A stretch of 64,000 nt of DNA from positions 96,001 to 160,000 of IMG/VR virus record IMGVR_UViG_3300021256_001754; one strand, 5' to 3'. Of this stretch, positions 41,540 through 48,936 are shown in pieces. How positions within the stretch are numbered: the first letter of the stretch is position 1; each line of letters begins with the position of its first letter. Under the pieces are notes generated by a model that saw only the letters and a list, made by a program, of their open reading frames with translations, was not told where the DNA came from and did not search any database. The stretch comes from a virus (lineage: Duplodnaviria; Caudoviricetes). The translations under genes and the position numbers were made by a program.

Positions 41540-42652
41540 ATGAAAGAAACTGATACCGATTATTCTATAAAGTTTTATAAGAGATTTTATTACAATAAAA
41601 ATTCTATATCATTTATGAGATATCCGGATTATATGTATATGGCTGAAATAAAAAATCCATATTCATCTTTATGTGGAAACAGGGTATTTGAAATCGAAGA
41701 GCTTACAAAATCACGTGATGTTAATGGAACTTGGAGTATAGATATCCTCTTTAGATCTAATCCTAAATTATTAGATTATGATTATAGTATGGTAAAGGAA
41801 ATATTTGATTATGATAGAAATTGTTTGGCATTTTACGTTAGCAATAACTTTAGTAATTCATATTGGAGAGATCGTATATTTACCATTATAGGAGATAGTT
41901 TAAAATTAATTAATACCACTCTTAGATGTACCAGAATTGACGATTCAGATGAATATTATACTTTAAGTGGTATAATTGTACCAGAGGTTGTAGAAGATAT
42001 CGATAGAAGTTCAATAATCCCTAATCAGATGATCGATATGACTTTGCCTGCTCTTCTTCCTAAGCCTATAACTAAGGATGAAAAATGGCCTACAAAACCA
42101 TCTACTGCCGAGATGGATAAAGAAGATATAGTGTCAAAAGCAATAGATGAAATGACGTTATATCCGGAGAAAATAGTAGATTATATTCATTTTAATAATA
42201 CGACCACAACGAGGCTATTTCGTGATATAATAATTAAAAGTCTTAAAAAGGTATATGGAGATGATTATAAGTTAGGTTATAAATCTCAGATGGATTCTAC
42301 AAGAAAATTAATGGAGGATAAAATGAAATTAACAAGAGTTGGAATGATGTGTTTGGAACTGAAGGATGTAAAGTTCTCTGGAGATAAAACTATCGCGTTC
42401 TGGGAAGATGGTGAAAAGACTATTGTTACTATGCAGGACGATGAAAAGGAGTATGATCCCGAGAAGGCTATTATGGCTTGTTATATGAAGAGATTGATTG
42501 ATATTCAGAAACAGGTTACTAACCATAATATTTCTATAAAGAAGATCTTTGATAAGTATCTTGCTAAGTATGAGAAAGAGAAACCGAAGATTGAAGCTCA
42601 GATTCAGAAGATTAAGCAGAGAAAGGCTAATAAAAAAGAGAATACAAAATAA
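41540..42652 (+). CDS. Hypothetical protein with a common phage C-terminal domain and internal start
   Basis: C-terminal VKFSGDKTIAFWEDGEKTIV...YDPEKAI; internal GGAGG-ATG at 42323. Confidence 0.7.
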   Translation: MKETDTDYSIKFYKRFYYNKNSISFMRYPDYMYMAEIKNPYSSLCGNRVFEIEELTKSRDVNGTWSIDILFRSNPKLLDYDYSMVKEIFDYDRNCLAFYVSNNFSNSYWRDRIFTIIGDSLKLINTTLRCTRIDDSDEYYTLSGIIVPEVVEDIDRSSIIPNQMIDMTLPALLPKPITKDEKWPTKPSTAEMDKEDIVSKAIDEMTLYPEKIVDYIHFNNTTTTRLFRDIIIKSLKKVYGDDYKLGYKSQMDSTRKLMEDKMKLTRVGMMCLELKDVKFSGDKTIAFWEDGEKTIVTMQDDEKEYDPEKAIMACYMKRLIDIQKQVTNHNISIKKIFDKYLAKYEKEKPKIEAQIQKIKQRKANKKENTK

Positions 42653-42777
42653 GCTTCTCAAGAACTGTGAATAATAAATTAATCCCTGGGTGATTCCCAG
42701 GGATTTTTCTTTTATGAAAGGAGTATTATTTAACACATATCAAAACTAAAAAATAATAAATAGAAAGGTAATTCAGA

Positions 42778-43014
42778 ATGAAAGAAAACGATAATATAAT
42801 CGAATTAGAGAAAGTTAAACAGGAGAAAGAAAAGAAACGTATTAATGAGCTTACAGAAAATTTTGTAGCAAATGATTTAAACAAATTTCTGGAAACTCTT
42901 CCTGATACATACAGTGAATTCGAAAAGGATGTATCATTAGTATCCTATGTATTTACAACTGGTTATCTTTATGGAAAAGATGATGCAAAGAAAGAAATAG
43001 GTGAATCTAAATAG
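42778..43014 (+). CDS. Small protein, tandem duplicate of 43029
   Basis: Near-identical N- and C-termini. Confidence 0.75.
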   Translation: MKENDNIIELEKVKQEKEKKRINELTENFVANDLNKFLETLPDTYSEFEKDVSLVSYVFTTGYLYGKDDAKKEIGESK

Positions 43015-43028
43015 AAAGGTGGTTCATA

Positions 43029-43256
43029 ATGAACGAAAACGATAACGTAATTGAATTAGAGAAAATTAAACAGGAGAAAGAAAAGAAACGTATTAAAGAG
43101 CTTGTAGAGCATTTTATAATAGAACAATTGGATGATTTTCTAAAAACTCTTCCAGATACATATAATACAATCGAAAGAGATATATCAATATCATCTTGTG
43201 CATTTACAGCCGGTTATCTTTATGGAAAAGAAGATGCAAAGAAAGAAATCGAATAA
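43029..43256 (+). CDS. Small protein, tandem duplicate of 42778
   Basis: As above. Confidence 0.75.
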   Translation: MNENDNVIELEKIKQEKEKKRIKELVEHFIIEQLDDFLKTLPDTYNTIERDISISSCAFTAGYLYGKEDAKKEIE

Positions 43257-43267
43257 GGAGATAATAT

Positions 43268-43849
43268 ATGGATAAATGGGGTCGTAAGAATTCAGATTCA
43301 AATAATTTTAGAGTTGTACTTTTTGTATCTAGAAATAAAGATAACAAAACACCAGCAAATATTGTAAAAGGTTTTAAAGAAAGGAAAGAATCTTTTTTAA
43401 CCTATAAAGATACAGATGAGTTGATGGAAGATTTTAAAAACTTTGCTAGTAAAGGTGTTCCTGGAGAGATAAGCAGATTCTATATATCTGTAAATGCAAG
43501 AAATCTTACAAGCATTAAAAGAGCAGTATTGCATGCATTGATAGACGATGATTCAAATAAATTTATTGCAAATCCTCTTCCTTATATTGCAGGTATAGCA
43601 GCTTTAAAAGAAAATGCTTTGACTAGGAAATGGATGCTTGATATAGATACAAAAGATGAATCTGTATTAAATCAGATAAAAGAACTCATATCTAAAAATA
43701 CTGTAATATCTGAAGAAATAGAAACTCCAAATGGTTATCATATTATAGTAGAAAATGGATTTGATACTAGAGAATTATTGAATAAATTCCGCGATGTATC
43801 TCTAAAAAGAGATGATCTAAAATTCGTTTCTATAGCTACGAAAGTATAA
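43268..43849 (+). CDS. AEP (primase-polymerase)-superfamily-like protein
   Basis: WMLDIDTKD (hhDhD) and ETPNGYHII (xxGxH) motifs. Confidence 0.5.
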   Translation: MDKWGRKNSDSNNFRVVLFVSRNKDNKTPANIVKGFKERKESFLTYKDTDELMEDFKNFASKGVPGEISRFYISVNARNLTSIKRAVLHALIDDDSNKFIANPLPYIAGIAALKENALTRKWMLDIDTKDESVLNQIKELISKNTVISEEIETPNGYHIIVENGFDTRELLNKFRDVSLKRDDLKFVSIATKV

Positions 43850-44028
43850 TATACAAAAAATAAATAGCCCTAGGGACAATAAATCCCTAGGGTTATTTAC
43901 ATGTCTATGTTTCCTAAGTCTTTATTATTAAAGGAGAAACTTCAATTTTTTAACTTAGGAATTTTGAGAGGTGTCAATATATCGATATTACGACACTAAT
44001 GTAGAAGATTCTATACCGACATATTGAG

Positions 44029-44102
44029 AGCTCCTAATCTGATTCGAACAGATAACCTACTGATTACAAATCAGTTGCTCTTGCCAGTTGAGCTATAGAA
44101 GC
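44029..44102 (-). tRNA. trnT: tRNA-Thr(UGU)
   Basis: Minus strand GCTTCTA...TAGGAGC acceptor stem, GCTC/GAGC D arm, ACTGA-TTTGTAA-TCAGT anticodon arm, ATCTG-TTCGAAT-CAGAT T arm; CCA not encoded. Confidence 0.92.
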
Positions 44103-44226
44103 TTAAGTCTTAATCTTAGTAGGAGGGAAGATTAAGACTTATGGTTGATATACACAATATATCGATAGGCGCAGCTTTGTATATACCAACTTCCAAGGAT
44201 TACTTATATGTAGATAATACATATTT

Positions 44227-44784
44227 TTATTTTTTCATATTGCTCTTTAATAATACAAGTAAAGCTTTCTTTTGTGTATCTGTATATCTAAATATATTTT
44301 CTTTCATACTTCTAAGTACAAAATTAAAATTGTTTACATCCTCATCTGTATTATCAGATAATAAATATCTTAACGATATATCAAATCTATAAGATATTTT
44401 CTCTAATATATCACTATCAGGAATTAAATCTCCAGTAAGAAGCAGTACTAAAGTATGTTCTGGTATATCGGTATCTTTTGATAATTGCTTTAGTGTTAAT
44501 TTATCTCTTTCTATTAATCTGAATAGATTAGAGCTAAAAGCAAATTTCTTACATCTATCACTAATACGTACATCGCTTAATATATAATCTGTAGGTACAT
44601 CGAATAGATCCGCTATCTTTTTCAATAAAATTACACATTTATAAGAACCGTTTATAAATTTATAAACGGTTGGTTGTTTGGTTTTTGTAAGTTCAGCGAG
44701 TTGTTGTATTGATATTCCTTTACGATCTAACAATTCATCCAAATTATCACACATTGTTTCTTCTATCTTATGATAATCTTTCAT
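44227..44784 (-). CDS. Tandem XRE/Cro-type HTH regulator
   Basis: Two HTH_3-like units (ISIQQLAELTK...; LTLKQLSKDTDI...). Confidence 0.85.
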   Translation of the reverse strand: MKDYHKIEETMCDNLDELLDRKGISIQQLAELTKTKQPTVYKFINGSYKCVILLKKIADLFDVPTDYILSDVRISDRCKKFAFSSNLFRLIERDKLTLKQLSKDTDIPEHTLVLLLTGDLIPDSDILEKISYRFDISLRYLLSDNTDEDVNNFNFVLRSMKENIFRYTDTQKKALLVLLKSNMKK

Positions 44785-44802
44785 ATGATACTCCTATATA
44801 AA

Positions 44803-45267
44803 TTACCATTTAGTAGAATCTATATCATTCCATATAACCTTATTATTATATTTCTTACCAAGTTCTATAGAATGAGATGTACCTTTACCTTTGCTCTGTT
44901 TATCTTTATAACAAAGAACTACTCTATGAGGATATTTAGCTATAAATTGATGCATTTCTTCATTTCTTATAAAACCAGCACTTGCACCAAATTTCTTCCA
45001 ATTAGCCGGAAATACTATTAAACGATATCCATTTCTTCTAGCATAATCCTCTGCAATAGAATCTACACCAGTAGCCCCACCTGATACTATAACGATATTG
45101 TATCTATCATTAACAACCGATTCTATATCTCTAGTTATCATTTTAGATATTTCATTGTATGCTTTTTCGTATTGCTCTGAATATCTAGGCGAATCTTTAG
45201 TTACTGTTCTAGATCCTGCAATTAAAACCATAAAAGTTGTCTCTGTTGTCATATTGTCGTTGTTCAT
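44803..45267 (-). CDS. YspA/SLOG-family (DUF2493-like) protein
   Basis: LIAGSR, IVSGGATGVD, ANWKKFGASAGFIRNEEM, KGTSHSI. Confidence 0.88.
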   Translation of the reverse strand: MNNDNMTTETTFMVLIAGSRTVTKDSPRYSEQYEKAYNEISKMITRDIESVVNDRYNIVIVSGGATGVDSIAEDYARRNGYRLIVFPANWKKFGASAGFIRNEEMHQFIAKYPHRVVLCYKDKQSKGKGTSHSIELGKKYNNKVIWNDIDSTKW

Positions 45268-45305
45268 TTTATTTCTCCTTTAGATTTATATATTAAAAAA
45301 GATAG

Positions 45306-45650
45306 TTATATTTTACTATCTTCTTTTTGAAGATAAGTTTTATTTATTGCTATTGCATCGTCACCGATATGTCTATACATAAAATCAAATTTATCTATAC
45401 GTAATCTTGATGTTTCACCATTATCAAATCTTACATCAGCATAGTATACAATAACACCATCAGATCTAATAGATTTACCAATTTGTGTTATCACACAATG
45501 CTGACATTCTTTAATTTCATCTATACCATCATAATCAGATAACGATGTTATACGGTTTATGCTATACAGTATGACTATAAGTGATAAAACTATAGCAACA
45601 CATCCGGTAACGAGTTTAAAATACATTAAAACTAATCTCTTCTTTTCCAT
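45306..45650 (-). CDS. Membrane-anchored hypothetical protein
   Basis: N-terminal TM; start uncertain (45650 or 45677). Confidence 0.6.
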   Translation of the reverse strand: MEKKRLVLMYFKLVTGCVAIVLSLIVILYSINRITSLSDYDGIDEIKECQHCVITQIGKSIRSDGVIVYYADVRFDNGETSRLRIDKFDFMYRHIGDDAIAINKTYLQKEDSKI

Positions 45651-45768
45651 ATTCAATTGTACCCCTTCTAATGACATTTAAGCCTAAATTAATAAAATGT
45701 GATTCTATCTGTATATAATTATTATTATCTTAATATAATATTAATAAATGATAAAGGAGCATAATTAT

Positions 45769-45939
45769 ATGGAAACTAGAGAATATTATAGATACATTGG
45801 TAGATATAGATATTTTGATAGAAAGATAATCGATTATTCTAATGGATTGATAATTCGTTGTTTATCTGATAGAGAATTAAAAAATAGACAGAATAATATG
45901 TGTGAAATATATGAGAAAATAAAAGTAAACAATAGCTAA
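45769..45939 (+). CDS. Small hypothetical protein
   Basis: METREYY... after AAGGAG. Confidence 0.55.
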   Translation: METREYYRYIGRYRYFDRKIIDYSNGLIIRCLSDRELKNRQNNMCEIYEKIKVNNS

Positions 45940-45979
45940 AACTAACTTATAATATTAGTATAATTTAGGAGGTTGATAT

Positions 45980-46288
45980 ATGAATATTGAAGTTGTTAGA
46001 AGAAAAGGTGAAATTATACCAACAAGAATGGTTATCAGAGTAGATGGAGTTGAGGTTATCTATAATCCGTTACCAGATAAATTTGGATATAATTTTTGTA
46101 TGCCATCTATAAAGGATGAGAAGAAAGCTATAGAAATTGCTGAGGGTATAGCAACAGTTATGGAGAATCAGTCTTACGATCATGGTGCTAGTTGGAGAAG
46201 AACTTCTGTAGAGATTGTACCACAGAACGAAAGATATAAGATTGGTACTATTGTAAGAGTATTGTTTAGAGTGAGAGATGCTGGTTGA
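45980..46288 (+). CDS. Hypothetical protein
   Basis: AGGAGG SD, 102 aa. Confidence 0.75.
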   Translation: MNIEVVRRKGEIIPTRMVIRVDGVEVIYNPLPDKFGYNFCMPSIKDEKKAIEIAEGIATVMENQSYDHGASWRRTSVEIVPQNERYKIGTIVRVLFRVRDAG

Positions 46289-46321
46289 TATTTTATTCTC
46301 TATGGTTAAAATACCGTAGAG

Positions 46322-46405
46322 AATATTTATTGTATAGTAAGCTCTTATATAAGATACCCCCTTAATCTGATAATGGTGGTATATGATAGCTTCAGAAATA
46401 TACAC
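46322..46405 (-). repeat. Inverted copy of an internal segment of the Bro-N gene
   Basis: Reverse complement matches 48328-48389 and 47978-48012; peptide YQIKGVSYIRAYYTINI vs YQISGVSIQELYYTINI. Confidence 0.8.
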
Positions 46406-46440
46406 TAAGATTCTTTTTTTTTTTTCGATATATATTTAAT

Positions 46441-47184
46441 GATGAGCTTACTGGCAATAGCACAGCTGGTTATCATAATGCTAAATATAGGAATAAAGAT
46501 TTAGGTACGATAACAGCTGGTAATAGAGATGCTTGGGTTCAAACCTATGTAAATGGTGGTAATTTTGAAGCTTTTGTTGGTGACGAAGTTACTATACAAG
46601 ATGGTGTTTATAATGCTAAATGGTTGGTAGCAGGATGTGATACTGAGTTGAATAAAGGAGATACCGCTTTAACAACACATCATGTTAGCTTGATTCCAAA
46701 AACACATTTATTTAGTGCTAGAATGAATAGCTCTAATACAACAGCAGGTGGTGTAAAGGGATCAGAAATGGTCACATCTACATTGCCAGCTTTAGCAACA
46801 ACTCTTAAATCTGCTCTTGGTAATAGACTTCTTGAGAGAAGAGTTTTGTACAGTAAGGCTGTTGATACATCAGCAGTTTCACAGTATTCTAAATGGACAG
46901 GTATGGCTTCCGATTGGGAATGGTTTAGCGCTTACTGTAGTTTGTTATCAGAAGTACAAGTTTATGGCTCTATGGTGTTTGGTGGTCCATACGATATAGG
47001 AGAGGCTTCACAGCAGTTACCGATATTTAAATTTATCAATTTTATAAATTACAGTCGTTCCCTCTTCTGGCTTCGTGGTGTCGCGAGCTCTACGGATTTC
47101 TGTCGTGCCAGCGGCAACGGCATTGCCGACTACACCAGCGCTTCCGCTTCCAATGGTGTTCGCCCGCTCATAACTGTTGGATGA
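46441..47184 (+). other. Start-less tip cassette K: DGR-target-type C-type-lectin (DUF6273-like) domain with variable region
   Basis: AAT-GAT-GAG start, 247 open codons (DELTGNSTAGYHNAKYRNKDLG...FWLRGVAS...ASASNGVRP); GC-rich 3' VR-like tract about 47060-47180. Confidence 0.8.
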
Positions 47185-47298
47185 TGAATGACAGCGTAGC
47201 TTAATGCGGAGCTGGAAATTCATCATCTGCACATATTTATTTTGATAACTTATAGATGAGAAATAAATATTTTTGCTGGCGGAATTCCGCCAGCAAAA
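47180..47298 (+). promoter_or_regulatory. DGR-type hairpins downstream of VR
   Basis: GATGATGAAT...ATTCATCATC inverted repeat (47180-47227) and perfect 28-bp palindrome TTTTGCTGGCGGAATTCCGCCAGCAAAA (47271-47298). Confidence 0.7.
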
Positions 47299-47311
47299 GA
47301 AAGAGGTAAAT

Positions 47312-47590
47312 ATTGCTGTTCCTAAAAGTAAACGTGGCGAGTCTAAATTAATGTATTATTACTATTCTTTAAGACTTACTGATGCTATAACTATGTTTCT
47401 TATGAAAGATTTTGGAATGAAAATGCACACCAAAGATATCCAAACAGCAACATATAATGCAAAAATGAGCAAAGAAGATACTACCGCATTTAAAAATATC
47501 TGTGGTAGATATGGTATCGATGTGGTTGTTAATTATCCAAATTGGTTAATGGATAATTTTCGCAATATGATACTTGCCGATCTTGATTAA
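47312..47590 (+). pseudogene. avd: Truncated Avd-like (four-helix bundle) DGR accessory gene
   Basis: (M)AVPKSKRGESKL.YY...L...IT..L.KDFG...YPNWL; ATT where ATG is expected after GAGG; truncated. Confidence 0.6.
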
Positions 47591-47610
47591 AATTAACAGA
47601 AACTGGAGCA

Positions 47611-47925
47611 TTGATTAGAAAAGTAAATTCAGAAGTATTTAGAAGAGAGTATAAAAGAATAAACAATTTTAGAATATTGCTGGATAAAGGTAGACTTAGT
47701 TTAAAAGATATTAGAAATTGTTATTTATCGTGGAGAGGAACATATTCTAAATTTGATTCTGGATATGATATATTAGATATGGATTTGTATTTTAGATATA
47801 TTTTTAATCTAAATAAAAATTTTGAATTACCAGAAGATATAGATAAATCTAAAAAGAAGACGAAAACAGATAAAAAGAAAATATATAGAAATAATTTTTA
47901 TAACGAACCAGGAATCAATTGCTAA
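47611..47925 (+). pseudogene. C-terminal fragment of a DGR-type reverse transcriptase
   Basis: RREYKR...LLDKGRL...DIRNCYLSWRG..SKFD....DMDLYF matches RT C-terminal end; no YxDD domain present. Confidence 0.65.
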
Positions 47926-48103
47926 TATAGTAGAATTCTCTTCTACTATATTTGTAAATAAATATAAAAAGTATATACATATACCCCCATCACCCAGATT
48001 AAGGGGGTATCTATACAATCACTATATTTGTAAATAAATACATGACTACCAACAAACTAGTATAAAATACAACATAATTGGTGTAATTAAGGAGGAATAT
48101 AAT

Positions 48104-48895
48104 ATGAACAACACACCTATTTGTCCAATTTATTTTGAGAATCATGAGTTTGGTGGTCATCTCTATAGTATTGAGAATTTTACAAACTTTAAATTTGGTT
48201 GTATAAGAACAACTATTCTTAACGGTAAACCTTACTTTTCCGCTAAAGATATTTGTAGAGGATTATGTCTCGACACAGATAATGTTTCTAGATTTGTTTC
48301 TGAAGCTGTCAATGATTTGGGTATGTACATATACCCTCCTTACCAGATTAGTGGGGTATCTATACAAGAGCTGTATTATACAATAAATATCGAAGTAACA
48401 CATCCAGGTAATAATGGCTGTCAAGTTAAACAAACGGTACAAACGTTATTTATTTCTGAACCTGTTTTATACATGCTAATATTTAGATCTAGAAAGAAAG
48501 ATGCTGTTGGGTTTAAAGCTTGGTTATCTGTAGAGATACTTCCTAATCTTAGAATTTTAGGTAGAGAAAGAGCAGCTTCTATTATAGCTGACGAAACTAA
48601 TGCTATGAGAAAGGCAGTAGCAGAAATCAGTAATAAATATGATAAGCTTGAGCATATGGCTGAAACAACAGGTCTTATATTTAGCAGTGTTATGGAAGTT
48701 ATTGATAAAGAACGTAGAGATCATAGTGTGGAAGCCTCTATAATAGATTCTAAGATTAAAGATCTAATTATTAGAGTTGATTCTATTGGTTGGAATAGTA
48801 GTGAGCTTATCAATGGACAGATGGACTTAGCTCAGAAAATAAATGGTATAGCATCTGGATTAGATATGATATTCGGTGGTAGAAGAAGTGCATAA
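48104..48895 (+). CDS. Bro-N domain protein
   Basis: FGCIRT..LNGKPYFSAKDIC..L; ISEPVLYMLIFRSRKKDAVGFKAWL..EILP. Confidence 0.88.
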   Translation: MNNTPICPIYFENHEFGGHLYSIENFTNFKFGCIRTTILNGKPYFSAKDICRGLCLDTDNVSRFVSEAVNDLGMYIYPPYQISGVSIQELYYTINIEVTHPGNNGCQVKQTVQTLFISEPVLYMLIFRSRKKDAVGFKAWLSVEILPNLRILGRERAASIIADETNAMRKAVAEISNKYDKLEHMAETTGLIFSSVMEVIDKERRDHSVEASIIDSKIKDLIIRVDSIGWNSSELINGQMDLAQKINGIASGLDMIFGGRRSA

Positions 48896-48900
48896 TAAAA

Positions 48901-48928
48901 TCCCAGTAGGATATAATTCCTACTGGGA
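48901..48928. terminator. Bidirectional terminator (CCCAGTAGG family)
   Basis: Between Bro-N and RNAP beta. Confidence 0.85.
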
Positions 48929-48936
48929 ATTTTTAA

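Noticed and set aside
46070-46405. 111-aa minus-strand ORF as a real gene
   Set aside because: Mostly antisense to 45980..46288; only the first ~28 codons are a Bro-N-derived fragment.
47312-47925. A functional DGR in this window
   Set aside because: The RT lacks its catalytic domain, avd is truncated and no template repeat is visible.
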